From positions 92,188-144,326 of the IMG/VR virus record IMGVR_UViG_3300023118_000008: a stretch of DNA of 52,139 bases; one strand, 5' to 3'. Below are positions 16,945 to 25,389 of this stretch, piece after piece (the stretch's first letter is position 1; the number at the start of each line of letters is the position of its first letter). Source of the DNA: a virus. Its lineage: Duplodnaviria > Heunggongvirae > Uroviricota > Caudoviricetes. A program made the translations under genes and the position numbers. The notes under the pieces were generated by a model. It saw nothing but the letters and a program-made list of their open reading frames with translations. It was not told where the DNA came from and did no database searches.

Positions 16945-19230
16945 ACTTTCTTTTAAAATATTTTTTGCTTTTGTGGAATCTTTAACATTTGAATTGTCTG
17001 ACATGCTTGCTTTCAAGTCTAAGTTGTATTCGTTGAATTGGGGTTTAGGATTTCCAAAGGTGTTATATTGTGACTTGTTTACCATTTGTCTTTTGAACAG
17101 GCTTTTACCGTTTTGATTAAATATGTTTTCCCATAAGCTTCCGTCTTGTCGTTTAGTAAACCTTTCTTGGCTATCCGATATTAAGGTTTCTGAATCTACT
17201 ATTGTAGGGCTTTGTATTAGGGGTGCCATTTGTGGGTTGTTTACATAGTAATCTCTTTCTTTTTGGGAGATATCTGGATTTTCATCTAAAGTAGTTTGAT
17301 TTAGATTTGGCATTTGTTTTGAAATCAGGGAATACTGCCTTAAATTTTCATCTGCTAATTCTTCTACTGTTGAAAGTGTTAAATCATCTGTATATTTTAG
17401 ATTTATTCCTTGCTCGTTAATTTCAAAGTTTGAATAGAAATTTAACCACATTGGAGAGTTCTTTTTCTTTTCTCTCAGGCTTTTTATATTAAATTCTGCC
17501 ACGAAATCATTTGTAAGGTACTCGTAGTTTCCTATGAAAGCTGTGTCATTTATACCATCATTTATCCCCTCATTTATACCATCAAATCCTAAAATAGTTT
17601 TGAAAAGATTTATTTTTTCTGCTGTTTCTCTCTGCGGAGATTCTATTCTTAGGGCTTGTCTTTGGTTTTCTTGTTTTGTAAGGCTTGGGTTGTAATAATA
17701 AGCGATTTCATAAAGCTCTTCTAGAGTCTTATCGTTTACTTGGACATACAAGTTTTCTGATTTTTTTATCGCCCCGATTTGATTGAAAACTTCACCCTCG
17801 CTCAAAGCTGTTCTTAGATAAATATAATCTCTATCATTAGGTTGTCTTATAGCTTTTGTTTCTTGGATTTGATTGGGAAAGAACTCTGTATAAAGTTTGG
17901 AAAATGTTGCTAAGTTTTCTTGCACAGGATTTTCCATAACACCCCCCAAAGCATTTAAAAAGGGTTTTAAAATTGGATTATCTGCCTGGTCTTTTATTCC
18001 TATAACATCAATACCCATTTTCAAAGCCTCATTCTCTATCTTATCCAAAGCTCTATAAGTCTCTCTTGGATTCTCTAAAAGAACTTCATCTGAAATATTT
18101 GTTATATTAACTATTGCGCTTATTGCTTTATATGGGCTCTTTAATATCGTAGCTGAAATTGCCAAACGATCACCTAGATTAGGCTCTACTATTAGTCCAT
18201 CAACATCTGCCAAAACTCTTGCTTTTACAAATGCTTGTGCTTCCTCTAAGGTTATGAAAGGATTTTCTTCAAACATATCTTCCTCCACGCCCGCAATTTC
18301 TTCCATTAAGTCTTGCTTTAGGTGGTTTGGGTTTTCATATAGAGCTTTTCCAAAACTTCCAATAGTATTTGATTTGAGTAATTGTTCTTGTGGTATTTGT
18401 TGTTCTGTAACTAAGTCAAACTCTGTATTCTGAAATGCTTCTAGGCTTTCTTTGATTTGATTTTGCAGGCTTGGTGATTTCAAAATTCTATCAATTTCGT
18501 ATTGTGAGTACAAGGACTGCATTTTTTGAGGAACTGTTGTAAAGAAACCTTGCTCATCATAAAACACTTTGTTCATTTCCGCTTTCAAATCTCCTTGAAA
18601 TCCTAAAGACAAGTTTTTTAGCTCAATTTTCTCTTCTGTATTTAATTCTCTTTGGTTTCTATTTTGATTTCTTAAGAATTCCAAAACGCTTTGCATTGAG
18701 GGCTCACCATTTGGATAACTGTTTTGAAGTATAAATTGGTATCTTCCGTCTGGTATCTGTTCAGCTAGATTGTCTCTCACAAGGGACTCCCATACATTCA
18801 AATCATCTTGACTTGAAGCGTTATCGCTTTTTAACTGTATTCCTCTTTGAAATAAGTCTTTAGCCACTTGTTTATAGAGACTCTTTCCATATCCTTTGCC
18901 TTTGAAAGCATCATATATAGTTATCATATCTACCCTGTCCCCTTTTATTCTCAGAGTACCTATTCTTTTTCCTTTAATTGTAGGAATATAAGAAATAGAA
19001 TTTCCTTTGATTTGTCTGGAAAGTTTTACATCATTTTGATTCACTGAATATAATAAAGCATTTTTAGCTCTATTTACTGTTTCAAACGCCTCAGACTTGG
19101 AAGCCTTATAAATTTCTAAAGCTTCTTCTTGGGTAAATCTCTCCCTTAGGTCTTGGAAAAGCAATGACGGAGTATCTTGATCCGTCACTACTGTTACTTG
19201 CCCATTCTCTCTTATTATATTACAGCTCAT
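16933..19230 (-). CDS. Putative internal virion protein with a GNAT acetyltransferase-like domain (765 aa)
   Basis: RVDMITIYDAFKGKGYGKSLY (GNAT motif A-like) at about aa 98-120; N-terminus similar to the 1851-aa protein. Confidence 0.7.
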   Translation of the reverse strand: MSCNIIRENGQVTVVTDQDTPSLLFQDLRERFTQEEALEIYKASKSEAFETVNRAKNALLYSVNQNDVKLSRQIKGNSISYIPTIKGKRIGTLRIKGDRVDMITIYDAFKGKGYGKSLYKQVAKDLFQRGIQLKSDNASSQDDLNVWESLVRDNLAEQIPDGRYQFILQNSYPNGEPSMQSVLEFLRNQNRNQRELNTEEKIELKNLSLGFQGDLKAEMNKVFYDEQGFFTTVPQKMQSLYSQYEIDRILKSPSLQNQIKESLEAFQNTEFDLVTEQQIPQEQLLKSNTIGSFGKALYENPNHLKQDLMEEIAGVEEDMFEENPFITLEEAQAFVKARVLADVDGLIVEPNLGDRLAISATILKSPYKAISAIVNITNISDEVLLENPRETYRALDKIENEALKMGIDVIGIKDQADNPILKPFLNALGGVMENPVQENLATFSKLYTEFFPNQIQETKAIRQPNDRDYIYLRTALSEGEVFNQIGAIKKSENLYVQVNDKTLEELYEIAYYYNPSLTKQENQRQALRIESPQRETAEKINLFKTILGFDGINEGINDGINDTAFIGNYEYLTNDFVAEFNIKSLREKKKNSPMWLNFYSNFEINEQGINLKYTDDLTLSTVEELADENLRQYSLISKQMPNLNQTTLDENPDISQKERDYYVNNPQMAPLIQSPTIVDSETLISDSQERFTKRQDGSLWENIFNQNGKSLFKRQMVNKSQYNTFGNPKPQFNEYNLDLKASMSDNSNVKDSTKAKNILKESFDC

Positions 19231-19436
19231 ACTAATATTTTAAACACTATAAAACCTATTATTCCTAAAATACTTATTACTTGAGTTATGGCACTTCCAG
19301 TAAATACAAACCTGTCTTCTAAAACATATTTTTCAGACTTACCTATTTTAGTCCAACTATATATTGGGTCAGCTAAAAGTAATCCAAAAAGGGGTATAAA
19401 AGGTACTGCATATTTTAACTTATCTTTAAATTTCAT
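19227..19436 (-). CDS. Small membrane protein (69 aa, 2 hydrophobic segments)
   Basis: ORF track; hydrophobic stretches. Confidence 0.75.
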   Translation of the reverse strand: MKFKDKLKYAVPFIPLFGLLLADPIYSWTKIGKSEKYVLEDRFVFTGSAITQVISILGIIGFIVFKILV

Positions 19437-19437
19437 A

Positions 19438-19632
19438 TTATTCGCCTAATGGCATTCCTGTTAATAAATATCCTCCTTTTAGTATAGACTCTTTTTGTTC
19501 TTTGTCGTAGATATCGAAAATAATTACATCTCCGTTTTCTTCTACTCTTGACACTATGTAAACAACACCGTTTTGTTCAAGTGTGCAGTTTGTTTTTAAC
19601 TTTCCATCAAAATATTTGCTTGATTTCTCCAT
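19438..19632 (-). CDS. Hypothetical protein (64 aa)
   Basis: ORF track; tiling. Confidence 0.75.
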   Translation of the reverse strand: MEKSSKYFDGKLKTNCTLEQNGVVYIVSRVEENGDVIIFDIYDKEQKESILKGGYLLTGMPLGE

Positions 19633-19634
19633 AC

Positions 19635-20108
19635 TTATAATTTTTGCCCTGGTTGTAGCGTAAATTTATATACCAATTCTCCATTTTCTTGTGCTTCTTT
19701 CATACCTTTATACAATTCTGTTGACTTGTTCATAGTTTCTAAATCCTGAATTTCTACCCCTGCTGTGACTAAGACTTTTAAGTTGTAGAAATTATTCAAA
19801 CCTGCCTCTTTCAGTATTTTTCTTACTTCTTTTTCTGTATGAAGTCTAGTTGGTAAAAGAAGAGGTACTTCGTGATTAACATAATTTTCTGTTTTTCCTT
19901 TTTCAAGATGTTGTTTTACATATTTCTCAACAATACGTGAATTAATTTCTTCTGAGAAATCCTTATGTTCTTCTAGCTTTTGGTATAACTCGCTGTCTTT
20001 TTCTATCTTAGGTAATATTTCTTGAATAGTACTTATAGCTCCAAAATTAAACCATGTGGTCTCATTGTCCTTTTCCGAGTATTGTAATTTTGTTGATTTT
20101 AATTCCAT
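19635..20108 (-). CDS. Hypothetical protein (157 aa, MELKSTKL...)
   Basis: ORF track GTG start 20153 lies inside the promoter/inverted repeat; ATG at 20108 preferred. Confidence 0.75.
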   Translation of the reverse strand: MELKSTKLQYSEKDNETTWFNFGAISTIQEILPKIEKDSELYQKLEEHKDFSEEINSRIVEKYVKQHLEKGKTENYVNHEVPLLLPTRLHTEKEVRKILKEAGLNNFYNLKVLVTAGVEIQDLETMNKSTELYKGMKEAQENGELVYKFTLQPGQKL

Positions 20109-20121
20109 TTTTATCTTAATT

Positions 20122-20169
20122 AATATTAGGAAGCAAATATAATCTAAGTACACTTAACTTCCTAATATT
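20122..20169. promoter_or_regulatory. Perfect 12-bp inverted repeat enclosing a TATATTTG -7 element
   Basis: AATATTAGGAAG (20122-20133) and CTTCCTAATATT (20158-20169); minus-strand TATATTTG at 20141-20134; inner TAAGT-AC-ACTTA. Confidence 0.8.
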
Positions 20170-23100
20170 TTAACATTTAGTATTATTATTACCTGATTTC
20201 AGAATATCTTCCTTAGGCTTTACTTGTTTGTTGATGTTGTCTAAAATACCAAAAAGTATTCTGACTCTTTCAATTTTTTCATTTCCTATTGCGTCTCTCA
20301 GAATCTTGTTTTTAGAAAAGTCTACTTTAAAAGCTTCTCTTAGAATTCTTATGTTATGAAGTTTATCGAGGTGTGAGTCCCCTTCCAACATTGATTCCTC
20401 ATCAAAAGCGTCTGTATAAGTATTTTCAATAATATCTCCTCTTGAATTTATATAGGTTGTAGAAGCATTTCTTATGAAATCATTATAAAGCTGTTTTGCC
20501 AAGGTATCTAATTCATTTTCAACCGAAGTTTTTACATCCGAGGTATCAAAAGTAGCCTCTTGGTTAAAAAGCATATTCTGGATATCTATTCTTACTTTTG
20601 GCGCATTGATTACTTGGTCTAAGTTATCTGCATCAATATACATCTGAGCATCCACTAAAAGATTTGCCTTATTATAATCTTGTGAAGCTATTTCATCTGC
20701 TGTCGAAAAAATCAAATGTTCTTGGAAAGCTGTTCTGATTCTTTCAAGGTTTTCATCCGTAACTTCTTGCGGTAGAATTTTTTCAGTCCTAATGCCTTCT
20801 TGATTAATCAGAGCGTTTAAGTTCTTTGCAACTTCTATTGGGCTTGTTGCTGTCTCTAAAGCATTTTCCACCATGTCTAATCCTCTTTGCCCCAAAGGAT
20901 TTTTATTTAGAAATATTGGCAAAGCTACATAATTTCCCCCTCTTTTAACAACTATGATAGGCATTTTTCTTTGAGGGTATTGTTTAGAGATTTTAGAAAC
21001 ATAAGAGGTATTTACTTGCGGTAGGTCTTCTGATGTTACGATTTCGCCGTTTAAAACAAATCCTTTTGTCAAAACTTTATCTAAAGATGTTTCTGTGAAT
21101 GGTCTTGATTCTAACTGTCCATCTTCTGAAATAAAGAATTGAGGGCTTCCTAAAAACACTGCTGAAACTGTTGAGGTCGCTTGCAAATCTACTTCATAGC
21201 TGTCTTGTATTGCTAATTCAAAAGCCTTTTCTCTTAGAAGTTTAAAATTATCAGGGGATACTCCTCTTTCTCCTTTTAGGGTTGAAATTCTTTTGCCTTT
21301 AGATACTAAATAAATCTTAATACCATCTGTTAAAGCTTTTCGGTTTTCTTCATTAGGGAATTTTTTATACTTGTCTAAAAGTTGTTTTGAATAGGCATCT
21401 TGTCTTCCTATTTCAAATCTTATAGGTGCGCCCTGTTCTAAATTGTAGATTTCATCTGCTTGAATATCTTCAAAAAAGTCTGATGGCTTCTTTACATATT
21501 CTGAACCATTAAAATAATATAAATCTGCATAAGTCCAACTTGTAGAAGCACTTCTTACTACTAACAATGGGATGTTGTCAAAAACCTCGCTTCTCATTTT
21601 CAAGATATTCCCATTCTCTACTGAAAACATTAATCCGCTTTCTGTTGTAACTATATCTCCAATTGCGATTTGCGATATGTCAATAGGCTTGTCTTTTCTC
21701 GTAACTTGGAAAGGTTCTCCTATGATATTTACTAGAGATTGTGCTGATATGTGATGCAAAGTTACAGAACCGTCTTTATTTCTTTTTATTGTGGCGTTTC
21801 CTGTGACATTTTGCGCCAAAGTATAATCATCTAATTTTTCTCCTGCTTGTGATTCTTGAGTCATAGCATAGGAATCATCTTCTGTGATTTCAGTTATGGT
21901 TTCCTGCTCTGAAATATTCTGTTGTTGCTGTTGAATCAATTCTGCAAGGTCAGCCATTGTCAAACCTTCCTCATTTATAAAACTGTCTAGAACTTTCCAA
22001 TTTGATAGTTTTTCTCTCAACTGTTCAAGTCTGTCTAGATTTACTATTGAAGGCTGGGTGAATATCTCTACAAGTCTTGGATTAGCTGTAAGTGTACCTT
22101 TACCATCAAGCTGGATAGTAACCAAATCTCCTTCTATCTCGGTAACCGTTCCTTGGTCAGATAAGGTAGAAACTCTTTGCCCCACTGAAAGTTCAGAGAT
22201 GTTTTCTACTTCTCTTCTTTGGGGACTTCTTTGTCTCAATAGGTTTCTTTCTTCTTCAGTAAGTGATTCTAAAGCTAATCTTTCAGCTTCTGATTCATTA
22301 TTTCCATTGGATAGAAGTGTTTCATATAAGTTGTCAAGCTTTTGATAAAGTTGTGCTTTTTCACCTGTTTCTCCTCTTAATAATGCTTGGTATTCGTCTA
22401 CTTCTGCTTGCGTAGGCTTCTCCAAAAGAAATTCATCTGTGGAAGTTCCTATAAAAGTCAGGGAATTATTAGATCTTGAAACTAAATTAGCAAGCCTTTC
22501 TCTTAAATATTGAAGTTTGGTTTTAGCTGTTGGTAACGGTACAACTGGAAGCATCGGCTCCCTTTTCATAAAAGTATCTATCTCTAGCTTGTTTTCATTA
22601 TAGAAAGCCTGCTCTTCTTCTGATAAGATATCGCCTCTTCTCCTTTTATCTATAATAGACTCATTTGAAATAACTGCATCTCTGTTACTCATTTCAGAAA
22701 TCTCACTTAAGCCTCTTACTGCTTCTTGAGTATAATTGCCTAGAATTTCTGATAGCCATTCTTTTGTAGCAGAGTCTAAATTTTTGTTCTTTTTTAAAAC
22801 TTTTCGCCCGACTAAAGTATTAATATTATCTATATTCACTTTACCGTCCCTGAAAGCTAATACAGTTGACTGATAGGCTCCAAATGTTTTTCTAGAGTTG
22901 TTATACTCTTCTAAAATTGCTTCGAGTCTGGCGGAATTTTCAGGATTTGAAGCTTTTATTGCATTCAAAACTTGGTCTAAGTTTTTAGTGTTGGAGTCAA
23001 GATTTTTTAAGTCCTCTACACTGATATTTTGAATATCTATACCTTGATTTAAAGAAGTTCCCGTTGTTTGTTCTAAAGTTTTATTGTTTAAGTTTATTTC

Positions 23101-25389
23101 ATCTGCAAATTGTTGCAAGCTTATCTCATTAGCTGAAATTAAATTAGTAAGTTTTAAAAGCCTGTCAGATAATCTTAAGACTTTATTTCCCGTATCAATG
23201 TCACCTTGAGTAGTTTCTTGAATATTCCTCAACTGTTCCACTAGCCTTTGTCTTTGCTCTTCTAAAGATTTGCTTCTATTTATGGCAATATTTACCTGAT
23301 TTCTTTTTTCTTGTGTTACTGTTTCTAAACTTGATATTGTATCTAAAGCCTTAACTTTTTCATAATCTAAAATCTGAGCCATTTCTTGAACAGCTTCTTT
23401 CATTATTGTATGGGAACGTTGCCCACCCATCATTGTGAAAGCCAAACTTTGAATTAAGGCTTCTTGAGTATTATTTGCACCCAAAGATGAAAGTTGGTTT
23501 TCAGAATCTAGTTCTTGTATTCCTGCTATGGGGTTTCTTCCTATGATGTATTCAGCAAACTGTCTATTCTTTTTGAATGATTTTGCAACCTCTGAAAAAG
23601 CTGTTACTTGTTGTTCCTTCCAAGTAGTCAAATCAGTTTCAACTCCCATTTCTGTAAGCTGTTCTTGTGTAACTGTACCTAAAGCTTTTTGTATATCTTG
23701 AGTCACATCATCTACTGAATCTCCTAGTTGGTGCCTGTTGTTTAATAGAGAGAATATAACTCCATCTTGCGCAATTCTAGCTTCTGTCAAGTTTCCTTTA
23801 GCTTGTGCCTCTTCTGACTGCTTATTGAATCCATTTACACGGTTCATCATCAGGAAATGTTCTGACAAGGCTTTTGAAGTATAGGTTTCGTTTAATTTAG
23901 AACGATTTTCAAATTCTTGTACTTGCCTGTTTACACCACCTCTTGTATTACCTGTACCAGCTTCTCCTAAGATACCAATAATTATTCCCACTCCATTTTC
24001 AACCCAGCCTTCTTTTGAGCCATATTGATGAGAAATGTTTTCATATAGTGCTCCCGCCAAATCAAAAGAATCTTTTGTGTTATTGGTATCATATGCGTGT
24101 TCGAGCCATTTACCTGCCGTAGCTGACGTAATAGACTGTCCTCCCTCTTCGTATAAACCTTCTGTTATGGCATTTTGCACAAAAGGCATTACTTTTCTAT
24201 TTATAGATTGCAGTCTAGACGGCGTAGCTTTGCCTATTCCGTATAGAGCTCGATTATACATATCTCCAAATCCTGTTTTTACAGGAGATTTTAAATTGAA
24301 AACTCTTCCTAGGGTTACTAGATTTGCACTTCCCACTAAAGCCATATTGACTCCAAAAACTGCATTTGCAGAGGAGGTAAGATTATCTTGGAAAGCTGTT
24401 ATCTCTTCTTGTTCAGGCTGTCTCCCATTTTGCTCTTGAAAGTTTCTATAGAAGTTTTCTTCCTGTTCCTTTTTATACTGTAGGGCTTCCACAGACGCTT
24501 CATATCCTGCCGAAGTCATTGTAAATCTCAAGGTGTTTAAAGCATCCGCTGCTTGACCAAATCTTACAGCTCTGTCTACATTCAATGCTCCTGGAATTGC
24601 TAAGCTGTTATCAGCTACTCTTGCGACATCTTCTCCGACAGATAATGAATTTTTTAGAAGTCGTGAGAACTTAGAAGTACCGTTCGCTACTCTTGCTAAT
24701 CCTGCCGATTTTGTTGACCATCTCGCAGCTGTTGTTGCTAAAGAAGTTCCTCCCGTAGCCCAAGCCCAAATACCTTCTGATACGATTGCTCCTGCTGTAA
24801 AAGACAACCCTCCTAAAACTTTATCCGCCCAAAAGTTAGAAGTGAATAATTGTCCGCCCAAACCTTTATCTGTTTCTTGTTGAGTATAATAATTTGGAAG
24901 ATTATAGTTCATCTTGGTATCTAAATCCCCAAGCCAGTTTGAAAAGTTGTTATCATAAACTGAGTCAAATTTCCAATCTGCTATTCCTGCTCCCACACCA
25001 TACACAACTCCTGCTGTACCTCCTACAACCGCATTTAAAGTTTTTCCTCCAAACTTAGCTAGTCCATTAAGCCACTTTTCTCCTGTGCCTTGGCTTTGAG
25101 CATAAAGTTCGTTATTATTTGCTCCTGCTTTATAGGTATCATATTTAGCTATGTAAGTACCATCATTAAGTCTTGCATAGGCATCGTCTACATTATAGTT
25201 TGTACTCTCAAAAGTCATCTTCTGAGGTGTTGCCACAGGTGCTTTGTAAAAGAAATTATTATCTGTTTTTACATCACTTATTATTCTATTTGGCGAATTG
25301 ATAATGGCAGGGGGCATTTCAGCTTTTATTCTGATGTCCTCTTCCATAGATTTTAAAGCGGGTGTCAATATAGGATTTTTATCTTCCAT
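20170..25389 (-). CDS. Giant putative internal virion (ejected cargo) protein, 1739 aa, with hydrophobic Gly/Ala-rich N-terminal segments
   Basis: TLNAVVGGTAGVVYGVGAGI, LSFTAGAIVSEGIWAW and GVGIIIGILG segments; long coiled-coil region; locus position. Confidence 0.75.
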   Translation of the reverse strand: MEDKNPILTPALKSMEEDIRIKAEMPPAIINSPNRIISDVKTDNNFFYKAPVATPQKMTFESTNYNVDDAYARLNDGTYIAKYDTYKAGANNNELYAQSQGTGEKWLNGLAKFGGKTLNAVVGGTAGVVYGVGAGIADWKFDSVYDNNFSNWLGDLDTKMNYNLPNYYTQQETDKGLGGQLFTSNFWADKVLGGLSFTAGAIVSEGIWAWATGGTSLATTAARWSTKSAGLARVANGTSKFSRLLKNSLSVGEDVARVADNSLAIPGALNVDRAVRFGQAADALNTLRFTMTSAGYEASVEALQYKKEQEENFYRNFQEQNGRQPEQEEITAFQDNLTSSANAVFGVNMALVGSANLVTLGRVFNLKSPVKTGFGDMYNRALYGIGKATPSRLQSINRKVMPFVQNAITEGLYEEGGQSITSATAGKWLEHAYDTNNTKDSFDLAGALYENISHQYGSKEGWVENGVGIIIGILGEAGTGNTRGGVNRQVQEFENRSKLNETYTSKALSEHFLMMNRVNGFNKQSEEAQAKGNLTEARIAQDGVIFSLLNNRHQLGDSVDDVTQDIQKALGTVTQEQLTEMGVETDLTTWKEQQVTAFSEVAKSFKKNRQFAEYIIGRNPIAGIQELDSENQLSSLGANNTQEALIQSLAFTMMGGQRSHTIMKEAVQEMAQILDYEKVKALDTISSLETVTQEKRNQVNIAINRSKSLEEQRQRLVEQLRNIQETTQGDIDTGNKVLRLSDRLLKLTNLISANEISLQQFADEINLNNKTLEQTTGTSLNQGIDIQNISVEDLKNLDSNTKNLDQVLNAIKASNPENSARLEAILEEYNNSRKTFGAYQSTVLAFRDGKVNIDNINTLVGRKVLKKNKNLDSATKEWLSEILGNYTQEAVRGLSEISEMSNRDAVISNESIIDKRRRGDILSEEEQAFYNENKLEIDTFMKREPMLPVVPLPTAKTKLQYLRERLANLVSRSNNSLTFIGTSTDEFLLEKPTQAEVDEYQALLRGETGEKAQLYQKLDNLYETLLSNGNNESEAERLALESLTEEERNLLRQRSPQRREVENISELSVGQRVSTLSDQGTVTEIEGDLVTIQLDGKGTLTANPRLVEIFTQPSIVNLDRLEQLREKLSNWKVLDSFINEEGLTMADLAELIQQQQQNISEQETITEITEDDSYAMTQESQAGEKLDDYTLAQNVTGNATIKRNKDGSVTLHHISAQSLVNIIGEPFQVTRKDKPIDISQIAIGDIVTTESGLMFSVENGNILKMRSEVFDNIPLLVVRSASTSWTYADLYYFNGSEYVKKPSDFFEDIQADEIYNLEQGAPIRFEIGRQDAYSKQLLDKYKKFPNEENRKALTDGIKIYLVSKGKRISTLKGERGVSPDNFKLLREKAFELAIQDSYEVDLQATSTVSAVFLGSPQFFISEDGQLESRPFTETSLDKVLTKGFVLNGEIVTSEDLPQVNTSYVSKISKQYPQRKMPIIVVKRGGNYVALPIFLNKNPLGQRGLDMVENALETATSPIEVAKNLNALINQEGIRTEKILPQEVTDENLERIRTAFQEHLIFSTADEIASQDYNKANLLVDAQMYIDADNLDQVINAPKVRIDIQNMLFNQEATFDTSDVKTSVENELDTLAKQLYNDFIRNASTTYINSRGDIIENTYTDAFDEESMLEGDSHLDKLHNIRILREAFKVDFSKNKILRDAIGNEKIERVRILFGILDNINKQVKPKEDILKSGNNNTKC

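Noticed and set aside
20134-20157. Recombinase-driven invertible promoter
   Set aside because: The 24-bp segment between the repeats seems too short and no invertase is in the window; kept only as a hairpin/operator finding.
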